A stretch of 64,000 nucleotides of DNA from Candidatus Latescibacterota bacterium (lineage in GTDB: Bacteria > Latescibacterota > UBA2968 > GCA-2709665), in contig OZ252100.1 of the NCBI GenBank assembly GCA_965248435.1, positions 3,264,001 to 3,328,000 on the forward strand, written 5' to 3'. Below the pieces are notes generated by a model that saw nothing but the letters and a program-made list of their open reading frames with translations, searched no databases and had not been told where the DNA came from. Shown here piece after piece: positions 19,901-29,280 of the stretch (within the stretch, counting starts at the first letter, position 1; the number at the start of each line of letters is the position of its first letter). A program made the translations under genes and the position numbers.

Positions 19901-20256
19901 AGCGGCTAGACAACATTCCCCAGATCTACTGCCAGCCGGGAGAGCTGAACCAGGTGTTCATGAACGTTTTGAGGAACGCGATTCAGTCGATTGAGGAGTC
20001 GGGGACGATCACGATCGAGACGTTCGAGGAATCTCCCGATGTCGTCGTCAAGATTTCAGACACGGGGAAAGGCATTCCGCCAGAACATTTGGACAAGATC
20101 TTCGACCCCGGGTTCACCACCCTCGGGGTCGGAGTAGGGACGGGTCTGGGTCTTTCCATCAGCTACAACATAGTGCAAAAACATAGCGGAAATATCGCGG
20201 TCGACAGCACGATCGGCGAGGGGTCCACGGTCACGGTCAGGATTCCGGCTGGATAA
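16984..20256 (+). CDS. histidine kinase with 14 Reg_prop propeller repeats and a Y_Y_Y domain, apparently soluble
   Basis: 14 GLxxNxVxxIxQDxxGxLWFGT repeats; YRYRLKGFEEEW; H-box AHEINNP, N-box NVLRNA, DTGKG, GTGLGL. Confidence 0.93.
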   Translation: MRQTIVRLSFKVPPERRDEFEALYREGVVPILERHGLKVKPGPFACADVFSEQFEVENPAAVAKRREVLQADTTWQQVLRELGARFGNAGADGMIPTTLELKEAPSGPGTPALLQRGKGHWRTFDATDGLVSGFIMSILQDREGYLWFAAFGGGVSRFDGQSFTTLTTKEGLAHNEVSAIFQDGDGNLWFGTEGGVSMYDGKSFVNYTTKDGLPNDEVSAVYEDQDGSLWFGTDEGVCRFDGQAFTTLTKEDGLVGNSVTVIFQDQNGHFWFGTEVGLSRYNGRIFTSFTTREGLPDNWILSIFCDRDGDLWFGTYSAGVSRFDGENFTNFGVEDGLVSVGVNSVFQDREGCLWFGTFGGASCYDGETFTNFTERDGLANDRVWSIIQDLEGHFWFGTLSGVNRYDGETFTTLIAGEDDAERSVFCFLDDRDHNVWFAPWGGATRGVTRYDGRSFHTFGERDGLPGSMVSSMFQDMQGNLWFGTWGDGVVRYDGKTFRTFSENDGLAHNMVRTIDQDSDGIFWFGTFVGLSRYDPRQGSGQGRFKTFTTRDGLAHDRIRASLTDGDGNLWIGTFGGVSRFDPLTSTGDSGPTFTTEDGLASNSIWTIYQDRDENVWFGTGGSGVTRFDGESFETFTSKEGLAADHVWSILQDEDGVLWFGTSGGGVSRYDGQVFQTLTQEDGLAGNTVGAMLQDRKGRLWFGLDSGITRYRPISPSPPAMFIDAVAADQRYERPSEVEVAEATGLVAIEFHGMSFKTRPEAMVYRYRLKGFEEEWRNTHLGRVEYERLPTGSYIFEVVFVDRDLIYTVPERVRLTVVKDTRDEQIDELEQRVQERTRELREKQAQLVQSEKMAALGNLVAGVAHEINNPIGAINSAIDVLKRCVDRMVDVIDRSEGGPAIKENSRFQRLLRLFGENNQTAATAGERITETVQSLKNFARLDESEFKKADLREGIENILNLFQREFDGRISVVKRLDNIPQIYCQPGELNQVFMNVLRNAIQSIEESGTITIETFEESPDVVVKISDTGKGIPPEHLDKIFDPGFTTLGVGVGTGLGLSISYNIVQKHSGNIAVDSTIGEGSTVTVRIPAG

Positions 20257-20362
20257 AGGGGAGGGTCGGATCTCGGCGTATTTCCACACGCCGGCGAAAC
20301 GTGCTTGAGATCGATCTACCAGTCTGAGGCATCCCCGCGGCCAGGGGGAGCGGAGGTAGGAC

Positions 20363-20968
20363 ATGAGAGAGATCCTTAGAGGCATTCACACCTGGTTCTG
20401 GTTCTCAGAGGAAAAGGGGTTCGATTTCAACGGATGGCTGGTCCTCTCCGATGATGGGAATCTGCTGATCGATCCGCCGCCGATGCGGGATGAGGACGAA
20501 GATCAGATCGCGAAGCTCGGAAGGCCTGCCCACATCATCGTGACAAACCGGGATCACGAACGGGAGATCGCTTCCTGTAGAGATGAGTACGACGCTCAGA
20601 TCTGGATGCACGAGAAGGACGCCACTTTGATCGAGGCGGACCTGGATCACACGTTCGGACACGGGGACATCCTCCCCGGCGGGCTGGAGGTGATCCATAT
20701 CCCGGACAACAAGTCGCCCGGTGAGTCTGCGCTTCTGCTTCGCAGAACACCGGGCGTACTAATTCTGGGTGACGCGCTCATCGGAAACCCTCCAGGAGAA
20801 CTCAACCTGCTACCGGCCGAGAAATACGAAAACATCGCTAAAGCTAGGACCGGGATCGAGGTACTGCTGGACTACGACTTCGATCCTGTTCTGACGAGCG
20901 ACGGAGCACCCATACTCCAGGGGGGAAAGCAGGCCGTTCAAACATTCCTGGACCGGACAAACGACTAA
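20363..20968 (+). CDS. metallo-beta-lactamase-fold protein (degenerate metal motif)
   Basis: NLLIDPPP, IIVTNRDHER in place of HxHxDH, KSPGE, LILGDALIG. Confidence 0.75.
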   Translation: MREILRGIHTWFWFSEEKGFDFNGWLVLSDDGNLLIDPPPMRDEDEDQIAKLGRPAHIIVTNRDHEREIASCRDEYDAQIWMHEKDATLIEADLDHTFGHGDILPGGLEVIHIPDNKSPGESALLLRRTPGVLILGDALIGNPPGELNLLPAEKYENIAKARTGIEVLLDYDFDPVLTSDGAPILQGGKQAVQTFLDRTND

Positions 20969-20977
20969 CGGAAGCAG

Positions 20978-21388
20978 GTGCTCGTGAACTTAGACGAAAA
21001 GATCGAGGCGTTTCTGGCCAGCGGTCCTTACGCCGTGGTGGGCGCTTCCAGAGATCGCGAAAAGTACGGGAACAAGGTGCTTCGGTGTTATCGACAGCAC
21101 GACCTGACGGCTTACCCGGTAAACCTGAATCAATCGGAGATCGAAGGACTGATTTGCTATCCGCGCCTTGATGCTCTTCCTGAGAGGGTAGAGCGCGTTT
21201 CAATTATTACTCCCCCGGTGATCACCGAGGGCATTGTGGAGGAAGCAGCAGCTGCAGGGGTCGGTCACCTCTGGATGCAGCCCGGTGCAGAGAGCCCCGA
21301 AGCGGTCACCCGAGCCGAATCGCTCGGGCTCTCCGTCATCACGGGCGGCCCCTGCATCCTCGTCACGCTCGGCTACAGTGAGGCCTAG
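20978..21388 (+). CDS. CoA-binding protein (YccU-like)
   Basis: AVVGASRDREKYG, YPVN, LWMQPGAES, GPCILV. Confidence 0.92.
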   Translation: MLVNLDEKIEAFLASGPYAVVGASRDREKYGNKVLRCYRQHDLTAYPVNLNQSEIEGLICYPRLDALPERVERVSIITPPVITEGIVEEAAAAGVGHLWMQPGAESPEAVTRAESLGLSVITGGPCILVTLGYSEA

Positions 21389-21408
21389 CAACGAAAGGGA
21401 CAAGACAG

Positions 21409-22530
21409 ATGTCAAATTCGAAGGTCGGCAGGACCACGATTGTCCATAAAGATGACTTCGCGTACATCTCTCATCCTTCGATTACCAGGCTGGATAACGG
21501 AGCGTGGATCGCAGCCTTCAACCACTCGCGGCGGCGGGAGCCCCGTCAGCATCCCCCCGGCGATCCGCTCTTCCGAACGCTTGTCACTCGAACGAGCGAT
21601 CTGGGTGAAACCTGGGGACCGCCGACGTTTGCTCCTGATTTCGACTGGTACGGTACCGAATGTCCGGGCATCGCTCAACCGAGCGATGGGACCGTGGTTC
21701 TGACGGAAACGCGCATGGCATGGTACCCTCTCGGTTTGGCGAAGCGGCAGCGGGATGAAGGTAAACGGATCGCCATCCACCTTCCGGAGAGAGGCTGGAC
21801 AGAAGCGTTTGAGGATTCGGACTGGGCGGATGCCAGCTATACGTGGGCACGCGGAGAACACGGGCTTTACGCCCATTTGAGTACAGATCTTGGAGAGACG
21901 TTCGAAGAAACGGTCAAGATAGAGACTGGCCCGTTTCAAACAGGCTTTACGCGCACGGGCGTGGTAGAGCTTCAAGATGGACGCGTGGCCTACGCGGTGA
22001 CCGAACATTTGACGCCACACTACGGGAGCTGCTACGTCGTCTTCTCCACAGACTTCGCTCGATCGTGGAGTCCGCCCGTTACGGTTGTCGATCGGCCCGA
22101 AGTCGAGTTTTCTGAACCCCACCTGGCCGAAGTCGGTCCCGGGGAGCTCTATTACATCCTGCGAGAAAGCCGATCTTCAGGGCATCTCTACGGCTGTCGC
22201 TCGAGCGATGGGGGCAGCACCTGGAGCATACCAGAACAAACGTCGATCTACGGCCATCCCGGTCACCTGCTTGTCCTGGAGGACGGCAGGCTCCTCTGCT
22301 CATACGGACGTCGAAAGGAGCCCTTTGGCATCCGTGCGTGCATTTCGGAGGATGGGGGGAGGTCGTGGAAGGTCGAGCGCGAGATCGTGATCCGGCACGA
22401 CCTTCCCAATGGGGACCTGGGTTACCCGACTACGATCGAGTACGAACCGGGCAAGCTATTTTGCTGCTACTACGGGCAGGAACCGGACGGTGTGACGTGT
22501 GTTCAGGGGACCTATTTCAGTCTTGAATAG
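21409..22530 (+). CDS. BNR/Asp-box sialidase-like protein
   Basis: Asp boxes TSDLGETW, STDLGETF, STDFARSW, SSDGGSTW, SEDGGRSW; DLGYP; no signal peptide. Confidence 0.85.
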   Translation: MSNSKVGRTTIVHKDDFAYISHPSITRLDNGAWIAAFNHSRRREPRQHPPGDPLFRTLVTRTSDLGETWGPPTFAPDFDWYGTECPGIAQPSDGTVVLTETRMAWYPLGLAKRQRDEGKRIAIHLPERGWTEAFEDSDWADASYTWARGEHGLYAHLSTDLGETFEETVKIETGPFQTGFTRTGVVELQDGRVAYAVTEHLTPHYGSCYVVFSTDFARSWSPPVTVVDRPEVEFSEPHLAEVGPGELYYILRESRSSGHLYGCRSSDGGSTWSIPEQTSIYGHPGHLLVLEDGRLLCSYGRRKEPFGIRACISEDGGRSWKVEREIVIRHDLPNGDLGYPTTIEYEPGKLFCCYYGQEPDGVTCVQGTYFSLE

Positions 22531-22552
22531 CAGTTTCGATTTGGAGGGCAAT

Positions 22553-23248
22553 ATGAGAGGGTTCTTATGCCTAATCGTCGCGATGGCCGTTCCGCAACTG
22601 GCCTATGCACATACAGGGGACCAGAGAGAGACGATTGAGGTGACGGCCAGTGCGAGTGTAGATCGGCAGGCAGATCAAGTGCGGCTTACGCTGGCCGTCG
22701 AGACCACCGCCCAGACGGCGGAGGTCGCCTCAGACCGGAATGCGGAGAAGATGAGCGCCCTGATCGGAGCGCTTCGGGCGATGGGGCTGAAAAAGAGTGC
22801 AATTCGGACGCTGGCGTACCGCTTGACGCCGCAGTACGACCGCGGTGAGCGGGGGAACCGGGATCCGGATCCGATCGGATTCATGGCCCAAAACATGGTC
22901 GAGGCGAGGATCGATTCGATTCGGCGCGTCGGTTCGGTGATCGACCGCGCGATCGAGTCAGGAGCGAACCGGGTCAACAGCCTGAACTTTGAGCTGCGAG
23001 AGCCCGAGGAGGCGTATCTGGAAGCGCTAGAAAAGGCAGTGAAGCGCGCAAAGATTCAGGCCGAGGCGATAGCGCGCGCTGCGGGACGCCGTCTCGGGCC
23101 GCCAGTTCGGATCAGCACCTCGGGCGGCCGGCCAGCGCCAAGGGGTGTTTCTGTAAGGGAGTTCCACGCAGCGGCTACGCCGATCGAAGCGGGTCCGATT
23201 CAGGTGAACGCTACCGTTACCGTTCAATACGAAATTGAGGGAGACTGA
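22553..23248 (+). CDS. SIMPL (DUF541) periplasmic protein
   Basis: signal peptide MRGFLCLIVAMAVPQLAYA; GANRVNSLNF; RBS GGAGG. Confidence 0.9.
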   Translation: MRGFLCLIVAMAVPQLAYAHTGDQRETIEVTASASVDRQADQVRLTLAVETTAQTAEVASDRNAEKMSALIGALRAMGLKKSAIRTLAYRLTPQYDRGERGNRDPDPIGFMAQNMVEARIDSIRRVGSVIDRAIESGANRVNSLNFELREPEEAYLEALEKAVKRAKIQAEAIARAAGRRLGPPVRISTSGGRPAPRGVSVREFHAAATPIEAGPIQVNATVTVQYEIEGD

Positions 23249-23265
23249 GAATACGTCTGAAATTT

Positions 23266-24429
23266 TCACGTGCTCAGGTTGTGGATCTTTTTCACTTCAC
23301 CTAGAAGATCTGATATGTCCGGCTCTCTCTGCTCAGGGGTCTTCATCGGGTCTTCGAAAAAATCGGCTCCACGTAGCGCCCTGATTGAGTGGTAAACACT
23401 CCAGCTCAGTGCCTCGAGATTATATCCACCCTCCAGAGAAAAGACGATCCTTCCCTCGCATAATTCATCCGCCAGGTCGATCAGGGTCCGTGACATCCAT
23501 CCAAAACCTGAGAGCGATATCCCGAGCTCGGCCAGGGGATCGGCCCAGTGCGCGTCGAACCCAGCAGAGACGATGATCAGTTCCGGCTTGAATCTTCTCA
23601 AGCCGGGTAGCAGGACCTGTTCAAAGACCGCCTTCATCGCGTTGTCCTCGACACCTGGGGGTATCGGGATATTTAAGGTTGCTCCGGTTCCTTCTCCCCG
23701 CCCGATTTCTTCCACCATTCCTGTACCGGGAAACAATGGATGCTGGTGGACGGACGCGAAGAACACACTCGGGTCTGCCTCGAATATGGCCTGCGTGCCG
23801 TTCCCGTGGTGGACGTCGAAATCCGCGATCGCCACACGGGTGAGCTCACCCTGGGTTTGAGCGGCCCTGGCCGCGGCAGCTACGTTGTTGACTAAACAGA
23901 AGCCCATGGACCGATCAGGGAGGGCGTGGTGTCCTGGGGGACGGACCAGGGCGAAGCCGTTGCGGATCTGGCCCCTCGTAACGGCCAGAGTGAGGTCTAT
24001 CAGGCCGCCGACCGCGTGAGTCGCCGCCTCGAAGCTTCGAGGCGTAAGGTAGGTGTCCGGATCCAGGTATCTGTAGCCTTCCTGTATCGACTTTCTGATA
24101 GTCTCCAAGTATGTGGGTGCGTGGACGGCAGTGAGCTCTGCTTCTGTGGCTGGGCGAGCGGGAACCGACTCCAGGGCGTCCAGTGCCCGATAAAGCTTCA
24201 AGTGCGCCATGATGGCTTCGAGTCTTCCGGCGTGCTCGGGAGAGACTGACACCGTGTGTTCGAGGAAGATAGGGTCGTAGACATAACCGTTAATGAGCGG
24301 ACCCACTTCCTGGTGTTCGAAAACGGGTGCAGTAGGACCGGAGCAGGAAAGCAGGGCACTCCCCTGAAACAGTCCCGCGCCCAGAATTCCGAGGTCTCTC
24401 AGGAACTCCCGTCTTGATTTTGGTAACAT
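23266..24429 (-). CDS. histone-deacetylase-family (class II-like) amidohydrolase with Tat/lipoprotein signal
   Basis: RPPGHHA, MGFC, DFDVHHGNGTQ, SAGFDAH, LEGGY; N-terminus SRREFL...LLSC. Confidence 0.92.
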   Translation of the reverse strand: MLPKSRREFLRDLGILGAGLFQGSALLSCSGPTAPVFEHQEVGPLINGYVYDPIFLEHTVSVSPEHAGRLEAIMAHLKLYRALDALESVPARPATEAELTAVHAPTYLETIRKSIQEGYRYLDPDTYLTPRSFEAATHAVGGLIDLTLAVTRGQIRNGFALVRPPGHHALPDRSMGFCLVNNVAAAARAAQTQGELTRVAIADFDVHHGNGTQAIFEADPSVFFASVHQHPLFPGTGMVEEIGRGEGTGATLNIPIPPGVEDNAMKAVFEQVLLPGLRRFKPELIIVSAGFDAHWADPLAELGISLSGFGWMSRTLIDLADELCEGRIVFSLEGGYNLEALSWSVYHSIRALRGADFFEDPMKTPEQREPDISDLLGEVKKIHNLST

Positions 24430-24600
24430 TTCTAAAGAATTAGACCCCAAGTCCTTCCAGGAATCGACCCAACCCTTCCTTTGCGCCTCCGATCCAGGGG
24501 CTGCCGTGGCCTACCAGACAGCTTGTAACCTTGGTCGAATGGCACTGCCCCCTTCTCCCATTTAACTCGTGAAGGCCACTTCTGTTGCACCAGACCTTCT

Positions 24601-24626
24601 CGTCGAAAGCGGCGGCGATTTCGACG
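24601..24626. terminator. hairpin downstream of epimerase gene
   Basis: CGTCGAAA-N10-TTTCGACG. Confidence 0.35.
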
Positions 24627-24648
24627 CTGTCTCTGTCGTGAAGACGAT

Positions 24649-25845
24649 TCAGGCCTCGGGGGAAAGTCGGGCGAGTGGCTCGGGACAGACGTTCGGGCGG
24701 ACGGCCTTCTGGAGTCGCTTGATCTCCCGCTCAACCTCCAGCACCTGACGACGGGCGTCGTGGACGGCGACGGTCAGGTGAAAACGGCGGGTCTCCCCGC
24801 CCTCGAGATTCACGACCCGACTTTTGCTCCGTTCGAAGGGTTTGGCGTTCGGAAAGTTGGTCGCAGGCTCGAGTCCTGTCACGTAGCCGTCCGCAGCCGT
24901 GTGCTTCCACAAGGTGAAGCAGGGCATTTCGCGGAGGGAGAATCGTAAGGAAGCGCCCAAATCGCCCTGTTTGTTTTTGAGCAGCGCGACTGTCTCGCGA
25001 CTTCCCCGACGTCCTGCAAGATCGAAGAAATAGACCTGCTCGACGAACCCTGGCTTCGGTCCGGCAATCCGGTCGAGGGTCTTGATCTGCTTCTGGGCGT
25101 GCGAATCGCGCGGAGAAACCGTTTTGATCGGCGCGAGGACTCTGGACCCAGACTCGAGAAGCGGCGTGCCAAAGTTGCAGTGATAGAGCAGCTGCATCTC
25201 GCCGGATGACCGGTTCAGGTTAGTCACTTCATCCGAGATGGTCAGTGCGTTTGACCCCACGTTAGTGGAAATTCGGGAGGTGAGGCGCAGTGCCGGACCG
25301 AACATCATCGTCTCGTCGACGGTCCCGATCACTGTGATGCGGTAAGGCGGTGTCCTTTCGATCTGGACTTCTACGCGCCTGGCCGGGAGGTTCGCAATTC
25401 TGCCGTGCAGCGGCAGGGAGACCTGCGATTCGTTTCCGTTGTTGTCGATGATCGTGTCGATCGTGGGCGCACCGTTGTTGGTGAGCCCGCATCGGACGAT
25501 CCACTCGTTGAACCCTTTCAGCCAACCGAGACCGCCGAGGTCGTTCAACTCGACGAGGGAGGGATGAACCAGTTCCTTTACTGGAGATTCCCACCCCAGA
25601 TGAATGCCCCTGTAGGCCCCTTTCCAGATGCCCATGCCGCGCGTGGGAACGATGTGAAAGGAGAGCTGACCGTTGTCCACCGTCAGGAGATCGATACCGT
25701 CCTGAAGACCGCCCTTGAGCGTTATCTTCTCTACCGACCAGTCCTGTCCGGCATCCAGAGGGAGCACATCTTCATCTATCCTGACGGATTCGGACCAGAC
25801 TCCGCACTCCACATCCGTCAACACAAAACTGTTTACAGAGTCCAC
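24649..25845 (-). CDS. aldose 1-epimerase family (DUF4432) protein
   Basis: PTRGMGIW, LGWESPV, LPLHGRIANLPA, LLYHCNFG, YVTGLEPATNFPN. Confidence 0.88.
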   Translation of the reverse strand: MDSVNSFVLTDVECGVWSESVRIDEDVLPLDAGQDWSVEKITLKGGLQDGIDLLTVDNGQLSFHIVPTRGMGIWKGAYRGIHLGWESPVKELVHPSLVELNDLGGLGWLKGFNEWIVRCGLTNNGAPTIDTIIDNNGNESQVSLPLHGRIANLPARRVEVQIERTPPYRITVIGTVDETMMFGPALRLTSRISTNVGSNALTISDEVTNLNRSSGEMQLLYHCNFGTPLLESGSRVLAPIKTVSPRDSHAQKQIKTLDRIAGPKPGFVEQVYFFDLAGRRGSRETVALLKNKQGDLGASLRFSLREMPCFTLWKHTAADGYVTGLEPATNFPNAKPFERSKSRVVNLEGGETRRFHLTVAVHDARRQVLEVEREIKRLQKAVRPNVCPEPLARLSPEA

Positions 25846-25854
25846 GTTCGCTCC

Positions 25855-27459
25855 TTACTGATCGCTTACCTGTAATGAGTAAAGCCTTGCGTCTCGCATC
25901 CTGAACCGGATGCGCAGCGGAAACAACCCTCCTATATCCTCCCGACCCTTCCAGGAGAAGGTATGCCGAATGCTGTCACCCGTAAACGTGTCGCAATCTG
26001 CCTGACCGAATCCGGGGATGACCCGACCGTCCGGGTCGGTCAGTTCCGCGGAGATATACTCCTTCGTTTCCGCGTTGACGACCAGACGATTCCCGGAGGA
26101 CCAGAGCGGCCTGGTAAACAGGGTAGATTGATACGGGACCCCCTTTGACTGCTCCCCTTTCCGCTTGATTCCATCCAACGAGACGAACCCGTCCAGCCTG
26201 AGCGTGGCCAGGCCGATCGATTCGCAGGTGTAATCACCACGCAGGGTGAAGCCCGTATAATAGATGTGTATCTTGTCATCCCGGACGACAAAGCAGCTCG
26301 GCTGGTTGGTCAGTTCCTCCCAGCCCGCGTCGGGATCCGGCAGCATGAAACTTTTGCGCTCGCTCATTCGCTCCCAATGCAGACCGTCCCGGCTGTAGGC
26401 CAGCTGGTTGTCCGAAGCGTTGCCGAAGCCGTCCGTCCGCCGGTTCACGCCAAGCACGGCAAGGTAGAGGCCCTCGTAGCAGAAGCCCAGGATCGTCTCG
26501 AACTCGGCGTCCATCGAGTCGTCCCGGTCTGGAGCGAGAACCTGCCTGGGATGGGACCATTGGACCAGGTCTTTCGAAAAAGCAGTCGTATAGGTCCGGT
26601 GGGATCTCAGCTGCGGAAAGGTTGGTCGTCCGTAGGCCGGTTTTCGGTAAAGGTTGCGCGTAAATCCGACGTAGAGGCTGTTTTCCTTGTCGTAGAAGAA
26701 CCCTACGTTCTCGTCACCGATCCGCTGGAAGGTTCCGATGATTTCCCAGTGCAGGCCGTCGGGGGAGACCGCCACGCTCTGGTCAGGCTTCGTCTTTACG
26801 AATCCCTTGTAGCGCCACTTGCCCGGCTCCGCGTCGTGTGGATCCTTGACGAAGTTGGGGGCCAGGTAACAATAGGTCACTCCGTCCTTCTTGTAGACGA
26901 TGTTGTTGGCGGCACTGCCGTCGAACTCGACCAGGCTTAGATCGGGCTTCTCCCATTCAACCCCGTCTAAGGAAGTGGCATAGAGCGTAAAACAGCCGAC
27001 GTTCGCCAGATCCCCTTTTGCGTCATCACCACTTCCTTCGAGTCCGCCAAGGGTTCCGTACCACATCTTCCAAATCTCTTCCTCCTCATCGAACATCACG
27101 AAGGGATTCATGATTCGCCATCGTTCCGCCGAAGGCCCCTCCCACGGACGGTCTCTCGTCACGATCGGGTTCCCTGGATGCTTCACCGGACGATGCTGCG
27201 TGCGGCGGACGTGATGTGTGCCCATCAGAACGTGTCCCGGGATCCCTGCGGACACATCCGTGCCTCTCTCCGATTCAGCTTTGTGGAGGGCATCCGTTTC
27301 CTCCGGGGTCTCCACGAGGAGCGCGGCAGACTTGCTCGGGTGAGGTGTAATCCAGCGGCGGGTCTCGATGATCTCGTCATCGAAGAACAATTGCTTCCGA
27401 GTACCTATGTTTACGATGTACTCAGACCCGGGGACCTCGGTCCAGTTCGTATCTCGCAT
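25855..27459 (-). CDS. five-bladed beta-propeller glycoside-hydrolase-like protein, paralogue 1
   Basis: QLFFDD, PVKHPGNPI, PWEG, YATSLDGVEWEKPDL, SPDGLHW, YSRDGLHWER, GLATLRLDGFVS, ARLYS. Confidence 0.75.
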   Translation of the reverse strand: MRDTNWTEVPGSEYIVNIGTRKQLFFDDEIIETRRWITPHPSKSAALLVETPEETDALHKAESERGTDVSAGIPGHVLMGTHHVRRTQHRPVKHPGNPIVTRDRPWEGPSAERWRIMNPFVMFDEEEEIWKMWYGTLGGLEGSGDDAKGDLANVGCFTLYATSLDGVEWEKPDLSLVEFDGSAANNIVYKKDGVTYCYLAPNFVKDPHDAEPGKWRYKGFVKTKPDQSVAVSPDGLHWEIIGTFQRIGDENVGFFYDKENSLYVGFTRNLYRKPAYGRPTFPQLRSHRTYTTAFSKDLVQWSHPRQVLAPDRDDSMDAEFETILGFCYEGLYLAVLGVNRRTDGFGNASDNQLAYSRDGLHWERMSERKSFMLPDPDAGWEELTNQPSCFVVRDDKIHIYYTGFTLRGDYTCESIGLATLRLDGFVSLDGIKRKGEQSKGVPYQSTLFTRPLWSSGNRLVVNAETKEYISAELTDPDGRVIPGFGQADCDTFTGDSIRHTFSWKGREDIGGLFPLRIRFRMRDARLYSLQVSDQ

Positions 27460-27467
27460 TTCAGATC

Positions 27468-27618
27468 AGTCCAGAGTCAAGAGTCCAGAGAAAAACCAAA
27501 TAAAAGCGCGAGTGTTGGGGGAATGGAATGTTGGAGTAGTGGAGTAATGGGGAGACAAGGTAAAGATGCTGGTTTTCCCAATACTCCACCACTCCAGTAC
27601 TGCATTACTCCAGAATCG
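27468..27618 (+). repeat. GAGTCAA + GGAGTAAT/ATTACTCC hairpin element, copy 2
   Basis: 50-bp identity with copy 1; lies in the spacer between paralogues 2 and 1. Confidence 0.85.
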
Positions 27619-27685
27619 GGAAGCCGTTCGCGTGACCTCACAACTGATTTGATATGAATCAGAAAACTCGAAACCAGAAACTTCC

Positions 27686-29263
27686 TCAGGGCTGAACCTG
27701 AAGGGCGTAAAGCTGAGCGTCGTGCATCCTGAATCGGATCCGCAGCGGGAAACATCCGCTGATGTCTTCGCGGCCTTTCCAGGTAAACGTGTGGCTGAGG
27801 CTGTCTCCCGTGAACGCATCGCAGTCCGCGTGACCGAACCTGGGTAGGACGCGCCCGTCGGGATCGGTCAGCTCCGCGTTGATGTAGCCCTTCGCAGCGG
27901 CGTTGACGACGAGACGGCCTCCGGTGGACCAGAGCGGCTTTGTGAGCAGTGTGGATTCCTTCGGGATCCCCATCCCGGGAGGGGGCGCGTCCAACGAGAC
28001 GAAGCCGTCCCGCCTGAGCGTCGCCAGACCGATCTCTTCCCACTGTCCCTGTTCGTGCAGGGAAGTACCGTCGTAGTAGAACCGTATTTCCTCGTCCAGG
28101 ACAACGACACAGAATCCCTCGGCGCTGACGTGGTCGAAGCTCCCGTCCGGCCCCTGCGGGATGAACAGGTTGTGCTCTCCCATCCGATGCCAGTGCAGGA
28201 GATCTCGACTGTAGACGAGCTGATTGTCGACGATATCGCCCCCGATCCTGGCGGACTTGCGAATGCCGAGTATGCCGATGTAGAGGTCCTCGTACTTGAA
28301 GGGCCAGATGTGGATGGTCTCTCCGTCCAGAGGATCACGCGGCTCGGGGAGGAGTATCATCCTGGGGTGTGACCAGTGCAGCATATCCTTCGACAGGGCG
28401 ATCTGGAACGTCCGCTGTGTCCGATTCTGTGAAAACGTTTCGGGTCTTCTATAGTAGTTTCGCGTGAACATGATATAAAGGCTGTGCTCTCGGTCGTAGA
28501 GGCAGTAGATATTTTCGTCTCCGATCCTCTCGAAGGTACCAATCTCCTCCCAGTGAAACCCGTCTGCCGAGACGCCCACCGTCTGATCCGGCTTCGTCTT
28601 TATCATGCCTTTGAATCGCCAGCGACCAGGCTCGGCGTCGTGTGGGTCTCGAATGAATTCGGGGTAGACGAAGTTGAACCGGGTATCGTCCCTGAAGAAG
28701 ACGACGTTGTTTTTCGTGCTGCCGTCGATCTCGACCAGGCCCAGATCCGGCTTGTCCCAGTGAATCCCATCCTCCGAGGTCGCATAGAGCGTGTAAACAC
28801 CGACCTTCTTCAGGGCTTCTGACGGGACCATGTCCGCCCCTACTTCTCCCCCGCCGAGGGAACAGTACCACGCCTTCCAGATCGCCTCTTCCTCGTCATA
28901 GTGGACGACGGCGCTGAACACGCGGTGGAGGTCGTCCGATGGGCCTTCCCAGGGCCGGTCTTTCTTGATGATCGGATTCTCGGAGTGTTTTACCGGCTCG
29001 TGCTGTGTCCGGTAGACGTGTTGCGTGCCGACCAGCACGTGCCCCGGAATGCCCATGGAGACATCCGTCCCTTTGGACTTCTCTGCATCGACTCTGGCCC
29101 CTGTTTCCTCCGCGGTCTCAACGAGCAGGGGCGCTGATTTGTCTGTCCGAGGAGTGACCCAGCGGTGCGTCTCGATGATCTCGTCATCCAGGAACAGCTG
29201 CTTCCGCGCCCCGATGTTCTTGATATCTTCGGATGCGGGTACTTCGACCCAATCCATGATCAC
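27686..29263 (-). CDS. five-bladed beta-propeller glycoside-hydrolase-like protein, paralogue 2
   Basis: colinear with paralogues 1 and 3 (KQLFLDD, GIPGHVLVGT, FERIGDE, GLATLRRDGFVS). Confidence 0.75.
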   Translation of the reverse strand: MIMDWVEVPASEDIKNIGARKQLFLDDEIIETHRWVTPRTDKSAPLLVETAEETGARVDAEKSKGTDVSMGIPGHVLVGTQHVYRTQHEPVKHSENPIIKKDRPWEGPSDDLHRVFSAVVHYDEEEAIWKAWYCSLGGGEVGADMVPSEALKKVGVYTLYATSEDGIHWDKPDLGLVEIDGSTKNNVVFFRDDTRFNFVYPEFIRDPHDAEPGRWRFKGMIKTKPDQTVGVSADGFHWEEIGTFERIGDENIYCLYDREHSLYIMFTRNYYRRPETFSQNRTQRTFQIALSKDMLHWSHPRMILLPEPRDPLDGETIHIWPFKYEDLYIGILGIRKSARIGGDIVDNQLVYSRDLLHWHRMGEHNLFIPQGPDGSFDHVSAEGFCVVVLDEEIRFYYDGTSLHEQGQWEEIGLATLRRDGFVSLDAPPPGMGIPKESTLLTKPLWSTGGRLVVNAAAKGYINAELTDPDGRVLPRFGHADCDAFTGDSLSHTFTWKGREDISGCFPLRIRFRMHDAQLYALQVQP

Positions 29264-29280
29264 AACCCCTTTCTTGTGAT

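Noticed and set aside
27477-28043. ORFs 27477-28043, 27466-27819, 6563-7078 and 60557-61369 with shared odd peptides
   Set aside because: The similarity comes from reading through the GGAGTAAT repeat element or from overlap with real genes; these are not plausible proteins.
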